From: Ascidiella aspersa | Taxonomy: Eukaryota | DNA: 64,000 nt | Direction of reading: 5' to 3' | Assembly (NCBI GenBank): GCA_963924565.1 | Contig: OZ004608.1 | Location: 4,526,001 to 4,590,000 of the forward strand | Shown: positions 1 to 12,300 of the stretch, piece after piece | Layout: every line of letters starts with the position of its first letter | Numbering within the stretch: position 1 is the first letter of the stretch | The notes under the pieces: generated by a model | What the model was told of the DNA's origin: nothing | The model's database searches: none | Seen by the model: only the letters and a program-made list of their open reading frames with translations | Program-made: the position numbers and the translations under genes

Positions 1-343
1 AAACTATTAGAGGACGAAAATAGCGACTCTGTAACCAAAAACTGCCAAGGTTTTTTTTTATTATTCGGGAACGTAGTTTAGAGAGTAGGAAATGAAACTC
101 AGCATATTAACGACAAGGTATATAAACTTTTTTTCAATGACGATGTAAAATAATTACACAGCGAGGTAAATAGTATGACGGTATAACAATTTACAGTTCT
201 ACACTTATCATCAAGCCAAAAAATTATCTTTTAAATTACGAGTGACACTAGAGATTTGTTATATACACATTTTACCAGCAGATGTTTTTAAGGTTTTTGT
301 GAAATTAAAATATAAAACGGGACACAACTCCATGTTCACTTAC

Positions 344-3300
344 TTTAGCACTCCTGTAGTAGCCGACCTGGGGTGCCTTCTTGCTTTGGCCATCCTTAGT
401 CGGTCTCCTTGCGACAAACCAGTAGTCCCAGATCGACTACGAGTTGTTACTCCATGATCCTGTCAATTAAAATAGAACATTACGTTTTGGTGGTGGCCGT
501 ATTAGTCTAGTTTTACTATTACTTGTTTAAAAACTATTAGTTCCAACGTTTAAAATGCTTAACCTGGAAAATGAGTTTTGGTACACAGTTATTTTCGAAT
601 CGACATCCAACTTAAGAAGACCAATATGGCGAATATACTAAGCGTGAATATTTATCGGTGTCATAAAAACATTATTGAAATGTGGTGAACTTGTGCTATG
701 TGCAGCTTTAATGAAAAAAATAATCAAAAAACACCAACGATAAAAACGCGATATTCTAAACTCTTAGTATGCTCGTTTATTCCCTTAACTTCCATAAATG
801 TATAGGACTAACGAAGCCCATTTAAACCCGTCGACAACAGGTCACGGTTAAGGCGGAATTAGGCGTCAATCAAAACGCTTAAGTATACAAAGCTTTCTGT
901 GGGCCATTTGGCAAGTTTAAAGGCAGCAGTTCATCGTGAATTGTTGCTACAAGCGCTGTTTATAAAAGGACATTTGTGCTGCGATCTGAAAAGGTCGCAT
1001 ACCTACAACGCCTTGTAATGATGACAAAAGCCTGGCATGTGCTACTGGACTTGAGCTACATTTTAACTTGATGTCACGTTGAAATATCGACATAAGAAAA
1101 TTTAAAGGCCAACACAATGGGACTTTGACAACACTGCGGTATCAGAAAAAAGTACAATCGTCTTGCAAGAGTGCTTCTCAATCAAAATACCAAGAGTAGG
1201 CCGCAAAATAAAAGCAATAGTCCCAATTTTTGAAAATACTTTCAACCAGTGACTAAAATGGTCTTAACATTTTAGTGGTCTCTCAAAAATTCACCCATCT
1301 ATATTAAACAGCTATTGTTATTCTTACACACTTATGAAAATAGTTTTGGTCTTAAAAATTTCTTGGCAGTCACCAAGGTCAATTAAAAAAAAAAAAAACT
1401 ATCCGCGACTACGAAAGACGCCACGATAAGAATTTATTTAAAAGTTTTTTTATATATATATATTTTTTTAATTTCTTACACCACAAAACGTTCGTTAACC
1501 AAACAGTTCGGATTTTCTGAAAAAAAATATTTTTACAAATTTAAATCAACCACCATTGTTACCTTTTGTTTGTCAACAATCGAAAACAAAGTGGATCCAT
1601 TCTCGGTTCTGTCGTCACCGGCACCTACGTCATCACTGTTATTGTTGCGATCGCGGATCGTGATGTCATCGATGTCTGACGTCACGCGTCGCATGGCCGA
1701 CGAGCGGTGCCCGTTGCCACGGATACGGTTCTGGTTGAGTTCGGCCCGCTGGATGTCGCCCTGAACCCACATGCTGTGCTGCTTCCTGTTTATAGGGGGA
1801 GAGAGGGGAGAAAATAGTAAATTTTGGGGGTGCAAGAAATAAGCAGGCAATTGTGAGGTAAAGAGCGTTGGAAGCTTGAAAGCAATTCGTCAGACATCTG
1901 CTTTATAGGTTTTTAAAGCAAGTCCAACGTAACTTGTTGATAGATGAAAAAAATCACTCTGAAATAAAACTAGAAATAAATCGCACGGGGAAAATCGGGT
2001 TTAGGGAGTGCAAGCAAATGTTTGATGGATTTAGGGGGACCAAATCGGTTATTTTTCGGGGGGGTGTGGGTGTAAGCATTGAATTGGCACAACGAAACGC
2101 AGAGTATCAAGTATAAATACAAAATTAGTAAACAGCAAAGCTTACCACACCAACAACAAAAACTGCCACTTACTCTTCGAGGTAGTGCTGCTGAGGTCCG
2201 ATGATGGAACCTGGTCTTGAGATGCGAATCCATGCGATGCACTCTGCTGCCGTGAAGCGGTAGTGCTTCATCATGTAGCAAGCTATCAAGGTACCGGTGC
2301 GACCCAGGCCAGCTGTGGATGGAAACAAGCGTTAACACACGGTTTTAGCGACTATACTATTGGCATACTTAGGTCGCAACCCATAGTTGTTAAAGCTTTC
2401 TCAAAAATGATAACATTTTAACGGAGGCCACAGGAAAATTTATTAAGTATTATTTTCGTTTTTGATAATCGATAATATTTATGGCGTTTAACTAAACCAT
2501 AAATAGATGTGGCAACCAAAGGCGGTTGACATATTTTTTCGTTATTGAGAAAGCGATAACTTTTATGCTGTTTTTTTTTACTATCCACTTAGTTACTTGT
2601 CAACGGAGCAAGTGGTTGTTATAAACAGTTTCTTTTTTTTGCAGTCTAGATGCAGGTTTCTGAATAGGCCCTTTACTGGTACAATAAAATGTATATCCAG
2701 CCCGCTATTGTCAATCCTTACAGTTATTCAGCCTTTTGTAAAAAGTTAGATGACGCCTGGTCTGGAGAAATCTAGATCAACACGTTCAGGTCGTTTAACC
2801 TTGTTCCTTCCTGTTCTTGTGAAATTTTTGAAACTTTTGTAAACGTATTTGAACTTAGGTGTGTAATACAAGCGCTACAAATGTAAGACGTTGTTTACTG
2901 GTGTGGCGAGATATATACTCATGTATATGGCAAAATAGTTAACACTGTATTCGCCTTTGACTGTGGTCAATAGACAAAAACAGCAACAACAGACTGGTGT
3001 TTACTGGGTATTTTATCCGGCTGATGGGCAGTAAAAAGACGTAAACATGGTAAAAAACGCCTGCTGTCTTTAAGCGATCATTTCGGTATCACACAGAAGT
3101 TTACAAATAATAAAGTGGCGTTAAAAAAATCGAGAATTGATCATAATTTCATGGTTAACTGTATTTTTTTTAAAGTGCTATGCATTGCCTAAAGTAGGGG
3201 GGGGGAAGATACCAAAACCTCGTCAAAAACGCGGTTCTCAGTTTGAAAGGGCTGTATAAACTTAGGGAATGCAACAACACCACGGTCAAATAAACAACCA

Positions 3301-6300
3301 CTAGCAAACTATTTAACGTGGTGCTGTTGCATTCCCTGATGAAGGCAACCTGTTTAGCTAGCCAAAACGTTGGATTAAACAATAAAGTGCCGGAATAGCT
3401 TTATTTTTTAGCATACCATGTCTGTCTGGTACGTCAGCATATTTATTGCAAGCTTTTTTGACATTGTGGATCCATAAAACATCGTAAAATTCAAATATAA
3501 TCAAAGAAGAATGCTTTAGGCGAAGCTGAACACAGAACACAAGGAAACGTTAAACAGCGGGTAGCAAGCTAAAATATCTCTTACAGCTGGCACAACAGCA
3601 GGTGCTATCTTACACGATAGTAAACCCTATTTGATTAAATGCCCTAATACGCCGATTGCCCACTATAGCACGATGGTCGATGGCTTACAAAAATCAAGTC
3701 ATTTTATATTTCCGTTTAATACATTTAACTAAAATAAAACACCACGAATTGACTCGAAACAAAGCTATTTTTATAGGACTTCAAATTATTATCTAGTGCA
3801 GTAGTTTGTAAATTGTGGTTAATAATATCAACAAAAGGATAATTTGGCGTTTTTAGGGAAGTGACTGTGACGTTAAGACCAGAAAAAGGTAGTAGAAGCC
3901 CTACGGTTTTGCATTATTCGTTGAAAAATGCAGCTAATTAATTCATTTTCAATTTTAATATTTATATGTATTGTTGATCGTAGCCGATAAAATTTGCTTT
4001 TTAAAGGGTGAAAAAGTCCATCTCAAAGGTAACGAAACTTGAAAAAACAAACACTAAATGTTTTGGGAACTAGACAGGTTTTATGTATAAAAAACATCGC
4101 CTAGTGTTGGACAAACCCAAACAGCCTTGGTGGGTCGCATTTACTTTCAAGGATTCGAAACCGCATTTCGCCAAGGAAGGGTTTGGCATGGAAGTTAATC
4201 TCACTGCACCTCGATATATGAGATAGGTGTGTTTTAATAACAATCACCCTACTGTGTCTGTCACAACTGAGCATATCTTGAGCTTGGACAGCATTACGGG
4301 GACTATAGTTAAATCGATTCAATGCATTGTTTCGTATTTAAAAGTGGAACCATACCACATTGATTGTTTGATGAAATTATATATTTTTCTATGAAGCTAA
4401 TATTTCTTTTTATACTGAATAAAGATAAATTATTTATGTAAAGGAGAAAAAAGGGTCAAAATGTTTCATCTTTTCCGCCAATAATACATAAAGTCCCATA
4501 ACAAAGCAGCCTGCAAAAAAAGCCAAATTCATCAATTATTATGCTAGTTTAGGGATTATATAAACAGAACTTTTACGTGATATCATCCACTGCGAATACT
4601 CATGTAAAACACACACACACACAAACTTTCAACCACTTTTCCAGATATTTCAATTACACGAAAAACCATTTGTAAAATGTTTAGCATTCTAGGAATGTGT
4701 TCAAAGTTGACGAAATTTTTCAACGCAAAAAATAAATAAAGTTTTTGGAATTCCAGTGACGCTTGGTCACTCAGCAATACAATGGAACGTCAAATAGATA
4801 ACAACCCAATGCGGTCTTATCGCGCTGAAACTTTCACAGCGTTGCCATCAGCTCTCGTACAAACACACATCACGATTTTGGGGAGGGCTACAACAATACG
4901 AGCGTGCCTTTGCGAATAAGCAACGCTCGGCGGAATTTTCGACCAGCTCATCAAAGGCAATTTTACTTCGTTTTTACATCTCTCTATTGCGATAATGAGA
5001 GAAATTCAGGTAAAAAACGAAAGTACAATTTTATTTTCGTGAAATTTAAAATCTTTTTAAAAACTAAGGGAAAACCTAGAATACTCAAATTGATGTGGAG
5101 CATAATGGTTGTAGGTTGTAGTAAGACGTAGTAACAATATAAAATTCTTACTATGTTGAAAGTTCATAAAAAGATCTCCGAAACGTTCAAAATGATACCT
5201 TCTTCCGTATGGGCTTTAAAATTGATGTGTTTTTAAAAAATCTCCTATTTTTCCAAAGTAAGGGAAAATGTAATGAAGACGAAAAAATAGGGCGAAATAA
5301 ACACACATTAAAAAACAAATATCTAATCGTGATTTGCTGATAAATAAATTGATTTCCAAATTGTGAAAGTGGAAAAAAAGTAGGCCGGTTGTTTTTATAG
5401 GGTCTATCTTCTTCCACCAATTTTCCCAAAGTACGATTTACACGGGGATATCTTTCGCTTTACAAAGCACAATTTTGTTCGTTTTGCGTCACATTTCCAA
5501 CCTCAGATGCGGTTGCCATGGGCACCAGAAATGCACCCGCTGTGCCAATAAACAACAAGCGGCAAGTGTGACGTCAGAACGGATGTAGTTACACGTTCGT
5601 ACAAGCCAAAATATTACTCCTCGTCCAAAAACACGCGTCACAGAGTAATGAGCGTGCAAACATAGGTCGAAAGAAAATGCCTTTATTGGCCCATTTCAAC
5701 AACCGCATGGCCCGTTTATTTACTGTGTCCTTATAAGTTCTTTTTCATCCGTAGGCTATTGCATTATTAGTTTGCTTTACTGCAGTAAAACTCGTTCAGG
5801 TAAAACAAAATGATTAAACGCATGTAAAAATCGACTACATTTTTACTCGCCTTGTCATTCTTACACAGCAATCCTTACTTAACTTTTTTTGTTAAACCTT
5901 GGAAGGCTTTAGGTTACATTATTATCTTAGGGTAGATCTCGAACGAATTCGGGATTGCTTAAATAATGGCGTGGACAAACCACAAAGAAAACACTTTATT
6001 GTTAGGGTGGAATAACAAGGGTAAACTACAACCACGTATATCAACCGTTAGGGTGGGATTTACACTTGTTGTGCTGAGCAGAAAACAGTATATATTTTAA
6101 GATGATAAGTCACTGAAACAGAACTAATTCCCTCCTATACAATTTGCAGTTTACTGTTGCCAAACTAGCACAAACAGGTTGTAAAATAGGAACCCTGCTG
6201 ATTTTAAAGGGGCCGAGAAATGACCAATTATTATTCCCTTCCTACAAAACTCTAGGCGCCCTGTGGTGAAAACATCGTCATATATTGGCGATTTTGAGAA

Positions 6301-9300
6301 AGTGATTATCGGTGTTTCGCCAGGGGTTGGCGGCCCGGAGCCGGTCCCGCCGTGCCCTAACCTGTCCCCCTGGCCTTCAAAGCCCCTCTGTTTGTTTAAG
6401 CGCGCGCAACAATCGCCTTGGTGACGTCACAGCGGTGCTAGTGTGACAAAAGCGACGCGGCGTCGGCGATGGCAATTATTAACGCGAGTATCGGCGCGTT
6501 TTAAAGCCAAACAAATCAGGATTTTGCGGCGCCTCTATCTGGAATACTGGAGTATGTGTTGAGGTCGATTTTACGTTGTCACCTGCGCTAGGCCAGCGCT
6601 TCTCAAGTGGCAACTAAGCACCATTTGTTTCGAAGCCATAACCTGTTTGAAAGTACAATTTTGATTTACGTGAATTGGTATAACGAAGTAAAAATATCAA
6701 AGCCTATAGAGAAGTTGGTTTAAACTTTTAACTTTTAGGCTTTTGATATTCTTACTACGTATTACTTTACTACAATCTCCAACAATTAAGCTGCAAAGTG
6801 ATTGGTACAGGAGTTGACGTTTTTGCTAATTCCTGAACACCGCATACATTGTCCATGCTAAACATGAAACGGTTTTCCATATCGGATAAAATAGCATTCG
6901 TTAGTTTAGTTCAGATTAAAACTGGGCTGCTAGGTTAAACAGTCTGTAAAGTAAGTCGCGACTAAAAAACGGTTAAGATGCAGAGCGTAAGTCTCCCCGT
7001 ATATTCCCGAAAACATGGGGATTATATGGCGCGTTTCGGCTTTTGTTCGTTAAGCTCATGCCGCTATCGCTTTAAATGACGGGGTTACGATAGGAAATCG
7101 AAAGATGCAATTTGTGGCGTACAAAACCAAACCGCTGCTCTATTAAACCTGTACCTCGTATCGGCACTTTGAGTAAAAAATTCATTTCGGTTCGTGCGTT
7201 TTAGACCGTTAGAAATGCCCTTGCCAATTGTTTTGGCGGTTAAGCAGTAAAATGTAAACGACGATGCTTTATACTGTTAAATTTTTTTCCATTTCAAACA
7301 ATAGTAGGATGTATTTATCATTGTATATGTGCCTCCCTTCAGTATTAAACTTGGAAAAAGATTGCGGTTTATTTTTGTTAAATCAGGCTTGCATAAGGCC
7401 CACGCAATCATCATTAAAACAAAATTATGACCTTTTTCGACTATTTCTTTGATTTTAAATTGAAGTGCGGACTAGCTTTTGGATTGTATGGTTTTACAAA
7501 TAAGACATTGATAATACGTTTCTTCTAAGGTTAAGGAAAGCTGGTTTAATTTTCTCTATTATTTAATACCGCATTGTATAAATATTACAAAGGCTATACA
7601 ACGTTAAATATACGAAAAAATATATTCTTTTAGTGGTCAGTGTGTCATATTTATTATGTGCAAATATATTAAGCCATGTTAAAACAATTTGAAAAACACA
7701 TATTTTTAACAGTGAATTTAACATCATGTGCATACAACAGCTAACCCATCGCTCTTATTAAGGCTATTGAAATCTGTTAGTTTTGTTGCGTTAAACTGAG
7801 TACACGAACACAAGCACACACACACAGTAAAATTAAAGGAACTGATACAAAGGCTTCTGAGTTGGGGATCAACAAATATACTCAAGGCTCGCACTATTGA
7901 AAAAACGGCGCAAGAAAAGTTTCACTGGAATTAAACAATTGTAACTAAGTGCGTGGGATGAAAGCGGAAATAGAGGAACGTGACATTTCAAAGGGCGTTT
8001 TTTCTACTATTAGAAGTGGACAAACAGTTGCGGGTGCGAATTGAAAAGGTATGTCCACACCACTTCGCTCTGTATAAGAATCTGAGTGTAGCACAACTTT
8101 AAATTTCAATCATGCACAAAAACTACGTGTGGTATTGTTGAATGAATTATATCTATTTTTATAAGCTGGGTCAATTTTTTTTAATCGGGAACTGTACTTT
8201 TTCTAGTCACCAACGGTTTGCAAAAGTTTTGCCTTAAACTTAAAAGAAACGTACCTTCGCAATGCATGGGTTTACTAAAACATACAGCAGGACTTTTTAC
8301 GTATTAGTTGGCTTACAAAACTCAGTAAATACTCTAGCATAGACTTGGACTAAACGTACCTTTGCAATGCACGGCTACACCGCAGTCGTTACTCTCGCAA
8401 ATGTCCAGGAAGCGTTTGAGGATGGCATCTGATGGAGTGCTCCCGTCCACGAAAAAGAGGTCGTGGTGGTCGAACCCCGCATCCTGGTCGAGGAAGAAAA
8501 TACGGGGTTAGGCGAGTAAATACAAGGCTTGGCTGTTGCTGGTCAAAAAGGTGTTGGCCTTGGAGTCTTGGACACTGTTTATGTTAAGTCAGGTGGCACT
8601 GTTAAACGACCCATTGTATTGTAATGGTGACAAGATTTCACACAATCGTATACTTAATGAGGTAAAAGAATAAATCTTGTTAATTTTACAGTTTGTCGTT
8701 TAAGAGTGTAACCTGATTTTGACTTTTATTCCTTTTTTCCTTGCTTATTTATAGAAATAAAACTTAATAATGAAACTGCGGTGAATAAATAAGTTTTGTT
8801 CTCAACTTCAATTGATCGTATACGGACTATATAGGCGAAAAATGAAAACAAGGCAAATAGCTTAAATATAAAAAAAAAAATTTAAGCTAGAAACAGCGTT
8901 AAAATAATTATCTCATCGCAAACGAGTTGGTGTCAACAACTGAATCGCAGAAACGCATGTTCCCAACAAAGCAAACATAAAACGTGGATTGCATTCTCGC
9001 CTAAATCCGTTGCCTTTTAAATATTCGCCCGTAGTCGGCACCAGGCAAGGTAAATATTAACCAGGTTGTACGAAGGCGCCCTACTTAGGGCTTTGTTGTG
9101 ATAGCACGAGGACTGCTTTAATCTTGAAGGCGATATGAAACCACATCACTTACAATATGGGGATACTTTGCATTGCTTTCCTGATTTTGGTCGGCGTTTG
9201 CAATATTACGGCACGTTTATTCCGTTTAGTGTTGACTGTACCATTAAATAGGCACATTTCAGGGTGGTTATCTGCCCTAAAAAAACACTTTAGCTGGATT

Positions 9301-12300
9301 TAAAGTCACAGGTCATATTAAATGAATACTTGGCTATTTTATCTTGTTTGATCGGTGATTATTGTTTATTTGGTCTAGTGGTGTGAACACTGTAATTCTT
9401 AGGTGATTTTTTTTACTCACCCTTGGATATTGGAACTTGCAATCGTTTTAAATGAAAAGGCTTTTCTGTTATATAACTAACAAGTGCTATTGAATAGGCA
9501 CATTTTAGAGTCATTATCAGGCCCGTAAAACACTCTTTAGAGAGGTTTCAAATAGTAGGCTTTATAATATATACTTTGTTTTGTTGTATTAATTTGGCCA
9601 GCGATTACCATTGACAAGGTATTTTGTGTGGTGTGGTCATTGTAGAGTATAAGCATCTGAGAATTTTTTTCATATCTAAGCTTATAATCGTTTGCACATG
9701 ACCGCATTTTCTTTCTAACTGACTAATGCAAGAGTCCAGTTTAAGCACTAGTTTTCAACATATTTACTGCTTTGCTTGAATGCCGTTGAGTAAAAGCCAG
9801 ATATACAAGCGATAAAAAGTCGTACAAGCCACATAAAGCGCGTTATGTGACAATTGCATTTGGGTTGCACGTTCACAAGCTTTTTGTGTAGGCAATGGCG
9901 ACCATGCGCGGATCTGTATTGTAGGTAAAAAATGAATTTCAAAGCCAAATAGGTCCGGTAAATCGACATGATCTTTAAAAATACGTTTTGGTACGCGCTT
10001 GTACTTTAAGTGATGATGATACAAGTGCGTATTGGAACGTCCATATACTCGACCTATTTGGCTTGACGTTTATTTTCAAAGTATTGGCTCCTTATGTCAA
10101 AGATGTATCATGATTCATTAGTAGCAGATTAAACACATAAATGAAAAAATCTCGTACACCGAAAGCCATCGCAGACTCACCGAATCTGTTGATCATGATG
10201 CAAGCACTCTGAGCCCGTGTAGCTCAGTTGGTAGAGCGACGGTCCCGGTGTGACCGGAGGCCGTGAGTTCTAACCTCACTGCAGGCTATTGTATTTCTAG
10301 CCCGCACTGCTTGCATCATTGATCAACAAATTCGGTGAGTCTGCGATGGCTTTCGGTGTACTAATTATACGTAAGCCGTAATCGTTGGTCAAAAAGCAGC
10401 TTCAGAAGGGCCAGGTCACAGTTGTAAACACACATATGTGTGGGCATGTTCATTGAAAAAATCTTCCCATAAAGCAACAACTATAGTTGCAGTGTTGTCT
10501 GTCCCTTCTTACCTGAAACCTCCTCGCGTCATACATCTTCTTGTTGAGTCGCACAATGCATCCGATCCCGTGTTTGCGAAAGTAGGGAAAGTATGCTTCT
10601 GGGGCGTGCAGGGGGTAACCTGGTGGGGCAACAAAGGGGTGAAGTTAAACTAGGGGTGTCCAATAATATCAGATCGGCGCCGATACTTATAAAAAATGTC
10701 AGTACTCGTACGATAGTAGGATCCCAAACTGATAAAGGCATTTAAATCATGACTTGCGATTCAACAGAACGCTTTTCTACCTTGAAAGGTAAATTTCTCA
10801 TAAAATTGTGAATCAATATTCGTAGGCCACTAAATTGCTTAACGCAAAAGCATTTTTTTATTTATAATTAACGAGAAAACTTTTTATCAAGTTCGTCTCT
10901 TTGACTATAGTAATGACGTCATTTCGTAAATAAAAGTATCATTTTTTGCTTTTAGTAATGAAAGTATCATTTTGTTACTGCGTCGTTGTAAAGCTTTTGT
11001 TTGTACACGTTTCACTATCAGGTTTTTATAGTTATATGTTTAGGCTTTTTTTGTACTAAAGGTTTTTACATATCAGTGATTAGCGCTCTCCAACTAAGTT
11101 ATATAGCAATGAGCAAAACTTAAAACCTGGTTAAGGTACTTTGTGCAACTTCGCCGCCATTGCTGTAAATGTTCCGTGAAAATAAACGTTTTAATTAATA
11201 ATAGGAAATTAATAGATCAATTGTTCTCAGGCGAACCTCATTAAAAATCTATTTGAAGGGATTACAAAAAGTTTGACGTTTTTTATTGTGACGTCATAGC
11301 GACGCAAACGGGGTTTTCTGCGCTGATGGATAAATTACATCGTTTCTAAAAAGGCAGGATGACTGGGCTTTAAACGGTAATTCTACGGTTAAAGTTCACG
11401 TTGTGTCCATTTCTAGGAAAGTTGTCACCTTTTTAGTTAGAAGGGCTACGCACAGGAACCGTTTTGTTGGTTTCCTCTGCATACAAATGAAACTTTTCCC
11501 TCAAATAAGTTTAATATTTGCCCAAATACTCTATGGACGTTCATATAATAGATGTGTGTGCCTATTTTGGTAAGAACCAATTTTAACCTGGTAGTGCAAA
11601 CCGGTTTCATATTTTTAATTTGTCAAAATACATTTAAGCCTAATAAGCCAAACCATCATACACGTAAAGGTTTACATCGGCCTGTGCTTGTTAAAAAGGA
11701 CACAAACCCTTATTAGTTTAAATCCACATTGAGCCGGGAAGTGGAGTGGAAAATGTGAAAAATTTAAGACAGGCTTTAGTTCGTATTTTAACGAGCACCA
11801 TAAACACAACCTTTAGACAACCTTGCCACAAGATTAAGTTAAACTTTTGAGAAAACAGAAATTGTAAAAAAAATGTTTGCATAAATGGTGTCACTCGCGA
11901 GCTACCTTTACAAGGAAGCTAATTATTTATATCATGACAGCAAAATGAGTTGAGTCACTGAACTAACTTGGGGCTTGAATTATTCAACAGGCAATTAGCA
12001 ACGAATCCCACAAGGCCTCGGCGTGCAAATTACAGTTTTCGATTTTGCACTTGGGGGTCCCCTGAAAGTTACTTATCAAGAAATAAACAACTTCTAGCTT
12101 TGCTTTTGACATTAAAAAAGATAAATAAGGCACAAGTCCTACGGTGGGATTCGAACCGACGACCCAACTACTTGTAATTTAACAGGCAATCAGCAACAAG
12201 GTTTTGGGCAAATTACCGTTTTCGATTTTGCTTTTGGGATGGGGTCCGCTGAAGGCGAGAAACTTTTTCGGCAAAATCCAGTTAAAGTCCCCATTTTCGA

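Noticed and set aside
10213-10286. Functional tRNA-Thr(GGT) gene
   Set aside because: The acceptor stem has a mismatch and terminal wobble pairs, there is C instead of U33 and an extra base before the anticodon stem, no T-run terminator follows, and it is embedded in TIRs.
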